NCBI GenBank assembly: GCA_020184695.1
Contig: JAANOX010000278.1
Span: forward strand, 186,001 to 250,000
From: Histomonas meleagridis 2922-C6/04-290x
Taxonomy: Eukaryota; Protista; Parabasalia
Reading direction: 5' to 3'
Length of the DNA: 64,000 nt
Numbering within the stretch: position 1 is the stretch's first letter; each line of letters begins with the position of its first letter. The notes beneath the pieces were generated by a model, which was not told the DNA's origin, did not search any database, and saw nothing but the letters and a program-made list of their open reading frames with translations. Positions 11,402 to 23,275 of this stretch are shown here, one piece after another. Both the position numbers and the translations under genes were made by a program.

Positions 11402-14400
11402 TTATGAATCTATAACATTCATTGGCACAAATACGATTTTCCCATCATTTAACACCACTAAAGCCAATGAAATTTTCTCGAAATATTTCACGTCAACGAC
11501 ATTTCCATTACATCTAAAGAACGGCTTCTTTATGTCCAAACAAAATGCTTCGAATTCGTACAATTTTCCTTTTTCGTCAGCAACCAACACGAAATCGAAC
11601 CCTTTATCATCACTCCATGTATCCCATGCAATGATTTGGAATGGTATTTGGATTGTTTTGATCTCTCTTCCATTAATTGTATACAATGAAATCAAATGTT
11701 TAATTGTTTGATTTTGAAACAATTCTTGATAAACAAGTATAAAACACCATGATTTTGTCAGTAAAATCAATTTCGGAGTCCCATATAACTTAATAAAATG
11801 TATTATAGTCCCATGACTTAATGAACATATGATCAAATTTTCATCTTTGGTACCACAAACAAATGAATCAAATACATGGGAACAATTACTACATGTAATG
11901 GAATCACAAAAATATGGTATTGATTGCGTCAAATTTTTAAATTTGTTCTTATAAATATAAATTACCGCATTTTTCGATGAAACAATTCTATAAGGTCCAC
12001 TTTTTGATATGTTTACAATATCGCCAACAGTTGTCAGCTTCCTAACCGTCTGACCGGTTTCACTTTTTACTTTATAAAGTTCGTTTTTATTTTTTGAGCC
12101 CACAAATAGAAAGCCCTCTGAAAATTGAATGAATATATTTGAATTTTGAATGTTGTCAAAATCTTGAATTTGAATTTCATTAATTTTTAAGTCATCGAAA
12201 TCCTTAAAATTAACAATTTTAATTAAATCTTTTTTCTTCTTATTATTATTACCTAAAAATTTTTTAAATTTATTTAATTTAATTAATAAATTTTTCGAAA
12301 TTCCTTCGTTACATATCAATGTAATTTTGATTTTATTTAAATTGATTAAAGAAACATTTGAAGTAATAACATTAAAATTGCCGAAATCCAAAACGATTTC
12401 TTCATTAATAATTTGTTCTTTTAATAACAACTTCTTATTTAATCTTTTTGGATGAGGATTCTTAAATAACAATGGAGGAATTTGACCAATTTGTGATAAT
12501 TTATCTTCAATTTCATTTTTAATTTGTGAATTCTTCAAATTATTTTTATCTTTCCATACATCAGAATAAATTTCTTTTGGATATGAATTAATATCACAAT
12601 ATTGTTTATATCCCCAAAACAAATCGATCCAATTATTTAAGTTTTCAGACACATAATCACTTTCAAGAGCTTTTCGATGTAAATATATAAATTCCATTGG
12701 TGTCTTTGCCCATTTTGGTAAGACAACTTCTGAAGCAGATAATTTCTCGTTTAACATTCCCAAATTAAAATTATTTTCATTAATTAAAAACTCCGGCATA
12801 TAAAAGAACTCGGGAATTAATTCTCGGAAATTATTAATCGATGTTGAAAGTTTATAAGAGTTTTTAATCGATGTAAACATTCGAGCTGAATGATCAAATC
12901 TTCCGCCTTGAATTTGGATATGTAATGAAGTAAATGGTTCGATTCGAATTAGCCATGAATAAAGTGATAATGGACATATCGGACCACTACTATATAAATA
13001 AGGTTTAATACCTGCTTCAATTAATACGTCGAATTTGTTCTTTAATGATTCTAATGTTTTGGGATCTTGTGCGCCTATAGGTAATGATAAGTCACGAAAT
13101 GTTTCTTTATTAGTTAAATCTAATGTTTCAGATGTATAATCTTTAACTATCCATGGGAAAAATGGATATTGTGATGATGAATGAAATGAACGTCCACTAT
13201 AAATATTTAATAACATTAAATATTCGAAATTTGAGATTTTATAATTAAGCCAATCATTAGTGAAATTCTTTTCGATGAAATAATTATAAAAATTAGAAAT
13301 TTGTAATACTTTTGTTGATAAATTCTTCTTTAATCGATTTAATATATTATTAAAAATTATATTATCTTTAAAATCTATGAAATATGATTGATTTGAATCA
13401 GTGAAAAATTCTAATGATGTTACATGATGATTTCGAGTTCGAATTAAAACGTGTATTAAATCCTTTAAATAAAATGATTTAATTTTATCATCGGAATGAA
13501 CAATTTGTATTTTATCATTATAAAATCGAAATTTTGAATTGTAAATGTTTTTAATAGTTAAATGTTCACATTTACATTCATAAAAAGGTTTTTCGATATC
13601 ATCGAAGTTATTAATATTTTCTTTTATATTTATAATGTTTTCTTCGACATTTAATAAATTAGAAATCGTTGTATTCTTATGTATAATACTCATTTCGATT
13701 TCTTCTTTAGTACAATTAGTTATAGAAGCATTAGAATGTAAATCAAATGAAAAATTAATCCGTAATTTCATCGGACAAAAATATTTACAAAAACTATGAT
13801 CTAACTTAAAATGTGGTTTCGTTCGATACTCAATTGGTAATGATGAATTCCATGGAGCTTTAGATGTAGTCATAGAACGCCATAAATGTGACCATAATCG
13901 AGAATTATATTGATCTTTCTCGTTCTTTTGATTTATATATATTAAATATGATGATTTTTGTGGAACTGAAATTTCTTCGAATTTTTGATTTAAAAATTCG
14001 AACTCATTAACATTTGGGAATTCTGATTCATTTATTAAATCTTCTAAATTTGATATATAATCGAAAAATATTTTGGTGCTTTCTAAATTAGTTTTATTAT
14101 TATATGATAAAAAGAATTGATTTTCTTGGAAAATAGAATATATTTCATTCGGTAAAAGGATTCCTGAACGTAATATATATTCGGCTAATATTAAAGATGT
14201 TTCATCATGTGAATATGATAATAATCCAATCATAGCTTTCATCGCTATACCTAAATGATTCCATTTACCTTTTTTATTAATTTTTAATCCGAAATGATAC
14301 GATTTTTTCTCAGATTTAAAATTTAATAAATTTTTGTATAAAACTTTTGGATTAAAATTCAATTTTTTCTTCTTATTTTTAAAATATTTCGTTGTATTAA

Positions 14401-17400
14401 ATGAACTTTTACTATATAATTTAATTAGATATTGATTTGATTTAGTGTTTTCTTGGAAAAAGATATAATGACGAATTAAAACATCAATAGAATTCACAGT
14501 ATTTTCATTAATGTTATTACAAATTTCATCGAAAAATATATCAAAAATTATATAATTTTTGACTTTAAGTATTTTACTAATTAAATAAATTCGATAATAC
14601 AAATTTATTAAGTTATTTAATTGATATTTTATTAAATATTTAATAATTCTTAATCTAATTTTATTTGAATTAACTTTAAATAATAAAACAATAGTCCAAA
14701 ATTCATTATGAATTGTTGGAGTATTTTTATAATAATTTATCATTTTCTTTATACAATTTTTCGATAAATTTAATGCCATATATGAACATAAATGATGTAA
14801 TTCAGGTACTTTCTTAGATAACTTACAAAACTTTATAAACAAATATTTATTATCTTGAAAAAAAGTCGAATAAAATGAAATAATTTGATGTATTTCTTTT
14901 TTAATATCGAAACAAGAAAATATTTTTATAACTGTATATATAATAATTGGGTTTTTAAATGTAAAAAGAAATCGTAAATATTGTATATCGATTGGGTTTT
15001 TTATTATTTTCAATTTTATTAATTTTAATAAAAAGTTTAATGAATCAATGATTTGTAATTGATCTGGATTAGTCACAAGATTACTAATGAAATCAGTTAG
15101 ATCCGAATCTTTATAATTTTTCATTAAAATCGATGTACAAATCGAAAATAATAAGTTTCGACATTTCGAAATATTTAACTCTTTTGAATGTGACACTTTT
15201 GATCGAATTTTATCATTAGTTTCATACCAATATAACATTCGCATTTGATATAAAATCGATTTAAAATCAATGAAATATTCGATATGCTTTTTAGAATAAG
15301 TTTCTAAATGTTTCAAATATTTAAGATGATCTATAGGTTTACAAGAAATCCAAATTTCGAAATTCATTAAAATCGATTGAAACAATTGAAGTTTTAATTC
15401 TTTATGTTTTAATTTCTCAAACAAATTAAAGAATTTCAAATATATTTTATACGTAAAATGTATTGGTTGACTTTCTTTAAATAAATGTGATAATATTAAA
15501 AAACCATTACTTAAATAAAATGATTCTTGGATTGAATAATCATATAATAAGAACTTAGATAAAACAAAGAATATGGAATTAAAGAAGTTATCCGATGTTT
15601 TACCATCTTGATAAGTTAAATCTAATTGAGCAAATAATGGTAAAAAAACATCGATTTTAAAAAAGTTTAATAAAACTTCAACAAATGATAAATAATAAGG
15701 ACGTTTTGATATATTACTTTCATATTTTATATTATTTAATGATTTTAAATTAATAAAACCATTAAATGATTTAGGGACAAAAGCAAAAATTGGCGAAATT
15801 TGTAAATCTTCATAATTCACATTTAATGATAAATTTTGGATTTCAAGAGAACTTAAATTATTAAACAAAGCAAAAGGTCCAAGTAATGAACACTTTTGAT
15901 TATTATTATTGTTACTATTGATAATACAATTCGAAAATTTATGTTTAAACTCAACGTCAAATGTAACTATTTCAAGAGTATCGAAATAGCATTTTAATTC
16001 ATTATTCTTAAACATAAACACATAAAAAGACCATTGTTCTAATTGGATTCTATAAGGAATTTCTTTTATTATTATATATTCAGGTGTTTGTAATTTAATT
16101 ATAAAATTATTTTCAATAATTTCGATTGATAATGAAATGTTTTGATCATAAATTTGAAACAATTCGAATTTATTCTTTATAGAATTATGAAAATACCAAA
16201 ATGTAAATGCAAAATCTTGAATATTATTATTTAAAGTTATTTTTATCTCTGTTTTATCATCTAAAGGAATTCCATATTGTGGAATACTTTTAGCTTGATC
16301 AATTAAAGAACATAAAACTATGATAAAATTTATATTATAATATGGAAAATATTTACCATCAATTGGACATAACAAAGCAATAAATTTTTGGACAATTGTA
16401 AATGAACAAATTTTCGATGAAATAATTTGTATAAATTTTAATGATGTTAAAGTTTCATTTTGTAATTTTTTAGTTTTCCATTCGAATAAATAATTTAAAA
16501 TTAATTGATCGATTTCTCCTTCATGTATAGATATACAATTTTGTAAATTATTTTCACATAAATCAATTAAATATGTTAAACATTCGATTAATTTCGGTGA
16601 GTTAAAATATGATTGAAGATATAAATATAAATTCTTTGGTTGAATTATTTTATTTTCATCATTAATACATAATTTTAATAATTTATTTGTAAATTCTGTT
16701 GTTGGTTCATTCCCATAAACATTTTTTATAGATTTCTCTAATGATTTAATTTCATTTTCTTGTAATGATTGAATTTTTGTTGTATAATATAATAAATCAA
16801 TAGTTTCATTTAATAAATTTAATGAATCAATGTTTTGTATTAAACTTAATTGTATAATTAATGGATTAACAATCGTTAAAAAATGTTTTAATATATTTTT
16901 CGTTTTAGAAAATACATAATTTAAAGTATGTAATATATTTGTAGTTAATTCGATGAATGATTCTGATGTTAAATTATAAATATTTGTTGATAAAATAAAA
17001 TAAATTGTATCAATTGTATCTAATGGTAAATTATCATATTGATCAAAAGATAATAAAAATCGTTCAATATAATTTAATATTAAAGTTCGCAAAGGTTTAT
17101 CATAAACTAATGATAAAAAAAACTTAGAAAAATGTACATTCGAAAAGAAATTAATTAAAAACAATTGATCAACTAAAATCCATTGTACATATGATAATAT
17201 TGCTACACTTGCAATATATATTATATCTTTATCAGTAGTTATAGTCTTATAATAAATTAATGGATCTAATAATGAAAATGAAATCGCTGATACAAAATCA
17301 CTGATCGAATAATCAATAGAACAACAAAACAATCGTGAAACTAATTCCGAATATAAAAGTGGTGTTTGTGCTGCTTGATAAAATATGGTACGTAATTGAT

Positions 17401-18826
17401 TCGCATTATTACATAAGAAAAAATCAAACACATATGAACGTAATGATGATATTTCTATGAATTTTTCGGGTTTTTCATCCATAAAAATTGTTATCGATGG
17501 ATCAAATATTACGGAATTAAATAATACTTCAATTGGAAATGAAATATTACGAAAATCATTATAAACAGAAACTAAAATACTAAAATATGTAATGTAAATA
17601 TCAATACAATGTTCCGATTTTAATGAACTAATTAATAAATGAAAACAATCAGTTAAAAAGTTTTGTAATAAAAATTCATGCTTATGAATTATACGTGTAA
17701 TAATTTTTGTAACTGAATATATTTTGGGATTTATAATACTTCCAAATGGCATCGTTTTTGGTATAGGAAATTCTTTGGATATCGGTTTTGAATCAAATAT
17801 ACTTTCATCTAAAAAACGATATTGAACAGTTGTGGAACCATCAAATGGTACTCGTAGATAATCCTTGTTTGTTTCTGGTATCGGAATATTAATTTCCGAT
17901 TTTTCGATGTTGTCATAAAGCGCGCACGTTAAAACCGTCAAAATTGAATATATTTTTTGATCGTTTTGGAATTTTGCTGATGCGTTACTAAAAAATGTTA
18001 AAACATATGGATCTAATTCTTTAATAAACTTCGTACTTCGTTCTAATATCTTAAATGCTATATCTGCAGGAAATGTAGAATCAGGCGCTTGTATTAAATG
18101 ATCTACAACAACAAAAAAATCTTGAAAATTTGTTGACGATTTAATGATATCATTTGAAATGCAATCAATAAGACTATAAGCTGTTACTGGAAGAATTTTG
18201 TTAAATAAGAAAAAATCATTTAAAGATGAAAGATATGGAATCATATTTTCATTAATATGCTCATTAATAACATATGATAATGCATAATAAAAAGCAGATG
18301 TAGCAATTGTTGGATTGTGTTCTTTCGGGTCAACGAGTTGCGAAACATAATTTAATGAATTAAGTAAAACACTAAGCTTAGAACTTTGTTTTGACGAATG
18401 AAAAACAGAACACCATCCCAAGTAAGAGTAAAGAGTAAACACATAAAGGAAATAAGGTGAAGATTTTCTAAACTTATAATTTTCTACTAACTTAGATAGA
18501 AAAAAAGGAACATATGGAAAACTGATCTTATTTTTAGCCAAAACATCGACAACATTTGATGATGAATCAGAAAGTTGATTTTTAATTGATATCATTTGAA
18601 ACTTTGAAATCTTTGGAAATTCGATACTTTCAATAGAAATCTTTATTTCTTCTGGTAATGAATCAAGATCAATATTTTGGAACTTAATTTTTAATGACAA
18701 TATTTCATAGCATAGTTGTTTTTCTGGTATGAAATCATTCATCTGGGTTTGAAAAAGTGCCAAATATTCTGTGGAACCCCTACCCGATATTGCATTCAAT
18801 TTATTTACCCATATTTTCATGCACAA
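11402..18826 (-). CDS. BEACH-domain protein (ConA-like, PH, BEACH, WD40)
   Basis: WLNYKISNFEYLMLLNIYSGRSFH..QYPFFPW, GGRFDHSARMF, RELIPEFFY and WIDLFWGYKQ are BEACH signatures. Confidence 0.95.
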   Translation of the reverse strand: MCMKIWVNKLNAISGRGSTEYLALFQTQMNDFIPEKQLCYEILSLKIKFQNIDLDSLPEEIKISIESIEFPKISKFQMISIKNQLSDSSSNVVDVLAKNKISFPYVPFFLSKLVENYKFRKSSPYFLYVFTLYSYLGWCSVFHSSKQSSKLSVLLNSLNYVSQLVDPKEHNPTIATSAFYYALSYVINEHINENMIPYLSSLNDFFLFNKILPVTAYSLIDCISNDIIKSSTNFQDFFVVVDHLIQAPDSTFPADIAFKILERSTKFIKELDPYVLTFFSNASAKFQNDQKIYSILTVLTCALYDNIEKSEINIPIPETNKDYLRVPFDGSTTVQYRFLDESIFDSKPISKEFPIPKTMPFGSIINPKIYSVTKIITRIIHKHEFLLQNFLTDCFHLLISSLKSEHCIDIYITYFSILVSVYNDFRNISFPIEVLFNSVIFDPSITIFMDEKPEKFIEISSLRSYVFDFFLCNNANQLRTIFYQAAQTPLLYSELVSRLFCCSIDYSISDFVSAISFSLLDPLIYYKTITTDKDIIYIASVAILSYVQWILVDQLFLINFFSNVHFSKFFLSLVYDKPLRTLILNYIERFLLSFDQYDNLPLDTIDTIYFILSTNIYNLTSESFIELTTNILHTLNYVFSKTKNILKHFLTIVNPLIIQLSLIQNIDSLNLLNETIDLLYYTTKIQSLQENEIKSLEKSIKNVYGNEPTTEFTNKLLKLCINDENKIIQPKNLYLYLQSYFNSPKLIECLTYLIDLCENNLQNCISIHEGEIDQLILNYLFEWKTKKLQNETLTSLKFIQIISSKICSFTIVQKFIALLCPIDGKYFPYYNINFIIVLCSLIDQAKSIPQYGIPLDDKTEIKITLNNNIQDFAFTFWYFHNSIKNKFELFQIYDQNISLSIEIIENNFIIKLQTPEYIIIKEIPYRIQLEQWSFYVFMFKNNELKCYFDTLEIVTFDVEFKHKFSNCIINSNNNNNQKCSLLGPFALFNNLSSLEIQNLSLNVNYEDLQISPIFAFVPKSFNGFINLKSLNNIKYESNISKRPYYLSFVEVLLNFFKIDVFLPLFAQLDLTYQDGKTSDNFFNSIFFVLSKFLLYDYSIQESFYLSNGFLILSHLFKESQPIHFTYKIYLKFFNLFEKLKHKELKLQLFQSILMNFEIWISCKPIDHLKYLKHLETYSKKHIEYFIDFKSILYQMRMLYWYETNDKIRSKVSHSKELNISKCRNLLFSICTSILMKNYKDSDLTDFISNLVTNPDQLQIIDSLNFLLKLIKLKIIKNPIDIQYLRFLFTFKNPIIIYTVIKIFSCFDIKKEIHQIISFYSTFFQDNKYLFIKFCKLSKKVPELHHLCSYMALNLSKNCIKKMINYYKNTPTIHNEFWTIVLLFKVNSNKIRLRIIKYLIKYQLNNLINLYYRIYLISKILKVKNYIIFDIFFDEICNNINENTVNSIDVLIRHYIFFQENTKSNQYLIKLYSKSSFNTTKYFKNKKKKLNFNPKVLYKNLLNFKSEKKSYHFGLKINKKGKWNHLGIAMKAMIGLLSYSHDETSLILAEYILRSGILLPNEIYSIFQENQFFLSYNNKTNLESTKIFFDYISNLEDLINESEFPNVNEFEFLNQKFEEISVPQKSSYLIYINQKNEKDQYNSRLWSHLWRSMTTSKAPWNSSLPIEYRTKPHFKLDHSFCKYFCPMKLRINFSFDLHSNASITNCTKEEIEMSIIHKNTTISNLLNVEENIINIKENINNFDDIEKPFYECKCEHLTIKNIYNSKFRFYNDKIQIVHSDDKIKSFYLKDLIHVLIRTRNHHVTSLEFFTDSNQSYFIDFKDNIIFNNILNRLKKNLSTKVLQISNFYNYFIEKNFTNDWLNYKISNFEYLMLLNIYSGRSFHSSSQYPFFPWIVKDYTSETLDLTNKETFRDLSLPIGAQDPKTLESLKNKFDVLIEAGIKPYLYSSGPICPLSLYSWLIRIEPFTSLHIQIQGGRFDHSARMFTSIKNSYKLSTSINNFRELIPEFFYMPEFLINENNFNLGMLNEKLSASEVVLPKWAKTPMEFIYLHRKALESDYVSENLNNWIDLFWGYKQYCDINSYPKEIYSDVWKDKNNLKNSQIKNEIEDKLSQIGQIPPLLFKNPHPKRLNKKLLLKEQIINEEIVLDFGNFNVITSNVSLINLNKIKITLICNEGISKNLLIKLNKFKKFLGNNNKKKKDLIKIVNFKDFDDLKINEIQIQDFDNIQNSNIFIQFSEGFLFVGSKNKNELYKVKSETGQTVRKLTTVGDIVNISKSGPYRIVSSKNAVIYIYKNKFKNLTQSIPYFCDSITCSNCSHVFDSFVCGTKDENLIICSLSHGTIIHFIKLYGTPKLILLTKSWCFILVYQELFQNQTIKHLISLYTINGREIKTIQIPFQIIAWDTWSDDKGFDFVLVADEKGKLYEFEAFCLDIKKPFFRCNGNVVDVKYFEKISLALVVLNDGKIVFVPMNVIDS

Positions 18827-19176
18827 ACCGCCTGATAACGATCATAAATAATTCAATTTATGGCTATGTACGTTTATAATTTTATCCAAACGACACATTT
18901 TATTCACTCATTCTTTTTATTTACATAACTCTATAATGTGACTCTAAAAATTTGTTCTTATATTACATTTTTTTCTATCTGATTGAATATCTTAAACAAA
19001 ACACAAATAACACCAAAACGTTTTCATAATTTGTCCAAATGTTAAATTAAAGAAAATATTTTTGAATTATTTACAACTGCAATTTCAATGCATTCACAGT
19101 TGCGCCACATCACATTTCCAAATATTATTTTGTTAAAAGATTTACTAAGATCCGAGACCTTTCGAAAAATCCATAT

Positions 19177-21462
19177 TTAATTTGGCAAAGGTTCGAACTG
19201 TATAAAGTTTTCAGTTCTCTTCTTCTTTTGTCTACAGTATAAGAACACCAACAGCACTGCCACCAGCGCCAATGCGACTGAGAGACAAGCGATCCAGATG
19301 ATTCTTGTTGTCTTGCTTGGGGTGGTGAACTCTTCATAGTTCACATCTCTTGGCAGCGTGCAAGCGCCAGTCAATGGGACTGTGAATAACATTTGTTCCG
19401 GGTCAGAAGCCTTCTTAATGAAGACTGGTTGAACCAAAGTTTCGCATCCGATTTTATCTGTTATCTCGTTTGGAATTAGGTACAAAATTCCTTGTGAAAT
19501 TATATTCTTAATATTATCAAATTTGACATTCATTTGATTCGATAATGTTATTTGTTTTTGGCCAACGATTTTATTATTTCCTAAATCATATAAGCCAACA
19601 AATGCATTATGAAGATAACTATCAGATCCTAAGTTCATATGCATAACAACTTTCATATCAAACGATACACTTTCGTTTTCAATGTTAATACTTGTGTATG
19701 GTTGTGGAGATGATATATAATCATCGCTATTAACATTCTCATACGTAATGTTTGCTGACCCAGAAACAGATTCTTTTCTGTTCTCTGCGTAGATTTGATA
19801 TTGGTCATTCTTAAAGAAACATGGGATTTGAAGTGTGTGCTCAACGCCTTTAATAAGGTCAGAGCCTAATTGATAACGCTTCCCATCTTTCTTGAGGAAT
19901 AAGTCATAGCTGTCTTTGTTTCCATTGATTTTGACTGTAAAGTTAGTGTCGCATTTAATGGCGTTTGTAGATAATACAATTTCGGGCTCTTTCGTTAAGT
20001 CTTTGGTTGAGTCAGATCCAAACTTACGTTCGATTTGTGGTAATGTTGGATTTGAACTTAACCCATAAACATTAATCTTGATGTTATCAATGGTCGTTGT
20101 ACTACCATAACCTGCACGATGCGCGATAACTGTCCATTTACCTTTGGACGTTTCACCATAAAATCCACGAATTGTATATTTGACTTTGTTGTTGTTTGTT
20201 TCTTTGACTTCTGATGGTAGTATAACTTTAAGAACGGTGCCTGATGGTGATTTAACACTTAAATAAAGTGAATGAAGTTCATTATAATTTAACTCGATTT
20301 CAACATATTCAATGAACTTAACGGTCTCGGCGGTTATGTCAGCAGAGGACTCAATTTCACCGTGGCGACCGTTACTGAGGTCAATTTTTGGTATTTCAAT
20401 TGAAACTTGTTTTTGTTCTGATAAAAGTGTCAATGAGCGTGCTGCTTTAACCGCGAGTTCGGAATTAATACGTCCAAAACCATAAACGTCACTATAGTAA
20501 TAGCGCGCACTATTGTTGATCCATGACTCATGTTTTGGATCATTAATTGTTGATGAAAGTGCAAAAATACTTTGAATATCTCTATATGTAAGTTGTGAAT
20601 TAACACTAAGTAAAAGAGAAACAAGTCCGGCAACATAAGAAGCACCAACACCATTAAGATTATCATGCGTGGAACAACCAGTTGTATCTACACTAAGAGA
20701 TGGCGGAGATGGAAGATTAATTGTGTTACCAAAAAGATATGATGATCCACCAGATGGAGCATTGACAACAATGGATGTGCCACGATTGCTCCAATATGAA
20801 CGAGATCCACTTGGCGTAGTATCAGAGACTGTAATGGTTTCAGGTGCACGAGTTAAAACATAGAAATTGGTATCACCACCAATTTTGCTATCTCCGCCTG
20901 CTGGTGCTACAATGATACTTTTACAATTATGAATGTCAGTTTCAAGAGATGATGAGGTTGGAGGATCACATTTACCATTGGCGCATTCATTTGGAACTGA
21001 AAAATACTTGACATGAGTGGAGGTATTTTCGCGTTTAAGAGCCGCTCTAATTACATCTTCTGATGTCTTTTTGGTTTTAAGACAATAATAAGAGGATTGA
21101 TATGCTACACCAAGTGAGCAATAATCATTTGACTCACCTACAACATGACCAAGAAGTGAAGTGGTGCGGCTTTTTTGATTGTCATCATTATCTGGTGAAA
21201 CATTTGTAGTTCCATCATCAAGATTATAATGTAATGTTGATAATTGTCTGCCATTGAGATCAGTATTTGAATTTGCACATCCATTACCAATAACACCAAT
21301 AGTAATACTGTTTCCGTTTAATCCTTCATCCCAAACTGGTTTTATGTTAATGTCTTCGCCGGAAGAAGATCCATAAGTACCCTTATTTGAAAGGACAAAA
21401 TCATTTGAGAACTGGGGGTCCTGGGGATCAAAGGAAATCCCGAAAACAATGAAGAGGAGCAT
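19177..21462 (-). CDS. Kexin/furin-like S8 protein with P-domain and TM; catalytic residues substituted
   Basis: Signal peptide, INIKPVWDEGLNG, YSDVYGFGRIN, P-domain (SKGKWTV) and C-terminal TM. The triad positions read G, R and G. Confidence 0.85.
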   Translation of the reverse strand: MLLFIVFGISFDPQDPQFSNDFVLSNKGTYGSSSGEDINIKPVWDEGLNGNSITIGVIGNGCANSNTDLNGRQLSTLHYNLDDGTTNVSPDNDDNQKSRTTSLLGHVVGESNDYCSLGVAYQSSYYCLKTKKTSEDVIRAALKRENTSTHVKYFSVPNECANGKCDPPTSSSLETDIHNCKSIIVAPAGGDSKIGGDTNFYVLTRAPETITVSDTTPSGSRSYWSNRGTSIVVNAPSGGSSYLFGNTINLPSPPSLSVDTTGCSTHDNLNGVGASYVAGLVSLLLSVNSQLTYRDIQSIFALSSTINDPKHESWINNSARYYYSDVYGFGRINSELAVKAARSLTLLSEQKQVSIEIPKIDLSNGRHGEIESSADITAETVKFIEYVEIELNYNELHSLYLSVKSPSGTVLKVILPSEVKETNNNKVKYTIRGFYGETSKGKWTVIAHRAGYGSTTTIDNIKINVYGLSSNPTLPQIERKFGSDSTKDLTKEPEIVLSTNAIKCDTNFTVKINGNKDSYDLFLKKDGKRYQLGSDLIKGVEHTLQIPCFFKNDQYQIYAENRKESVSGSANITYENVNSDDYISSPQPYTSINIENESVSFDMKVVMHMNLGSDSYLHNAFVGLYDLGNNKIVGQKQITLSNQMNVKFDNIKNIISQGILYLIPNEITDKIGCETLVQPVFIKKASDPEQMLFTVPLTGACTLPRDVNYEEFTTPSKTTRIIWIACLSVALALVAVLLVFLYCRQKKKRTENFIQFEPLPN

Positions 21463-21961
21463 ATGGTTTAATTGTGATCAATTTTCAAAGAGAGTCATCG
21501 TTTGATCGTTTTGAGTTGCTTGAATGGTTTACAAATATGTGCACATGCGATCATTTGGAAAGTGGCTCTGAAAACAAAAAAACAACATGTTTAACCCCTG
21601 AAAACAACACTTCACATGTAACCCAAAAAAAATGAAGAACGTTAAGCAAAATTTAATAAAAAAAGTCAAAAAAAATGGATTTTACTTAAAACATCCATCA
21701 TTGATCATATACCAAGACTTATATATTACATTTTTAACTATTTTCAGTGTGTATACATTTTCTTGTTTTATTAAGAAATTATCTAATTTGATATTTGAAC
21801 ATCATTACCTTTGATTCTCAGAAATAATTGTTGCCCTCAAATATGAATAAATAATCAATGTTAGATTAATATTAAAGGAATCGATCCTGTATAGAATTCA
21901 GTGCATTGAAATTTAAGTTTGGTTTAGTATACGTTTAAAATTTAGAAAAATCAAGCAGTTT

Positions 21962-22447
21962 ATGGATGATCTTTTTGGTACTCAAGAAATAGATTGGGAA
22001 TTTAATGCTCCTCACTGGTTTGATTTTGAAAAAGAAGAAGTCGAAAATTTAGATGATTGGTTCGACATTCAAGAAAATAATCTTGCAAAATTTAAAAAAG
22101 AATTTGATCTTTCTTCAACTCTTAAGACACAGCAGCCACCTGTAAGCAACAAAAGTGATAAAAATGATAATAATAAAAATGTTAATATAAAATCTAGAAA
22201 GCCAACAAGAATTCCTGTTTATAATTCAAGAAGAGCAAATGCAAAATCTGTTCAAATTCATCACAGCAATCAGCATCCACCAGTACATGAAACAAAAACA
22301 ACCTCAAGAAGAAGTAAAATGGCTGCTCCTTCATCAACTAAACAAACCACAACACGGAACATTGAGAAAACCAAAGCACCTACGCTAGCAAAAACACCTA
22401 TTCGAGTCCCCTTGAAAGAGAGACAGAATGTTACTAAGAAATTATAA
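21962..22447 (+). CDS. Small protein with a TPX2-like Aurora-A-binding N-terminal motif
   Basis: WEFNAPHWFDF...LDDWFD matches the TPX2 pattern (Y/F)xFDAP..F.DF....D.WF; followed by a basic low-complexity tail. Confidence 0.55.
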   Translation: MDDLFGTQEIDWEFNAPHWFDFEKEEVENLDDWFDIQENNLAKFKKEFDLSSTLKTQQPPVSNKSDKNDNNKNVNIKSRKPTRIPVYNSRRANAKSVQIHHSNQHPPVHETKTTSRRSKMAAPSSTKQTTTRNIEKTKAPTLAKTPIRVPLKERQNVTKKL

Positions 22448-22660
22448 ACGATTAATAAATTTTTTGTACTTTATTTGATCGAATTTGTTTCCTAATTTTG
22501 TTTGTAGCTATAAAACTAAACATTTTCATATTAACTTATGCATATACATAAGAATATTGAAAATTAAAATTAATCAATTTTTTAAAATTACACATAAACT
22601 ATAATATTTAACTGAAAAAATACTATGAAACCTAATTTTATCAAAAAATCCACTAGTTGT

Positions 22661-23275
22661 TTAGCAACACTTTTTTTCTTCTTCGGTCTTTTCAACAGGT
22701 TCAGCTGGCTTAATTTCAAATGTAATGTGTTCTTCGGTTTTAACCTCATTCTTGAGCAAATATTTGATAAGTTGGTCAAATGCATGATCAATATTTTGTC
22801 CTGAAAGAGCTGAGACAGCCTGATACATTTCAACGTGATGATCAGAAAGCCATGAATCAATGCTTTCTTGAGGTACTTCTATTTGATCTTGAGGTAGATC
22901 CATTTTATTTCCGACAAGAATAACTGGCATTTCGTTATTGGTAGGAGAATAACTGTTAAGAAACAGATTTAAGTAGTCTTCAACACCAGTAAATGATTGA
23001 GATGATGATAAATCAAATACAAGCATCATGCAATTTGCTCCATGAAGAAGAGAAGGTGTAATAGCCTTAAAGCGTTCATCACCTGCAGTGTCCCAAATCA
23101 TGAGAGTTACTTCTGACGAATCTATTGTTAATGTTTTTGTGAAAAATCCTGCACCAACAGTTTGTTTTGTCTTTGCTATAAAAACGTTGTTACAATATCT
23201 TTCAATTATGGATGTTTTTCCTACGTGATAAGGTCCAAGGAGCACAACCTTAAAGTCTTTAGTTTTGCCTGACAT
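22661..23275 (-). CDS. Rab-family GTPase
   Basis: GPYHVGKT, WDTAGDERF, GNKMD, SAL and C-terminal CC. ATG at 23275 is preceded by a TCATT initiator. Confidence 0.92.
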   Translation of the reverse strand: MSGKTKDFKVVLLGPYHVGKTSIIERYCNNVFIAKTKQTVGAGFFTKTLTIDSSEVTLMIWDTAGDERFKAITPSLLHGANCMMLVFDLSSSQSFTGVEDYLNLFLNSYSPTNNEMPVILVGNKMDLPQDQIEVPQESIDSWLSDHHVEMYQAVSALSGQNIDHAFDQLIKYLLKNEVKTEEHITFEIKPAEPVEKTEEEKKCC

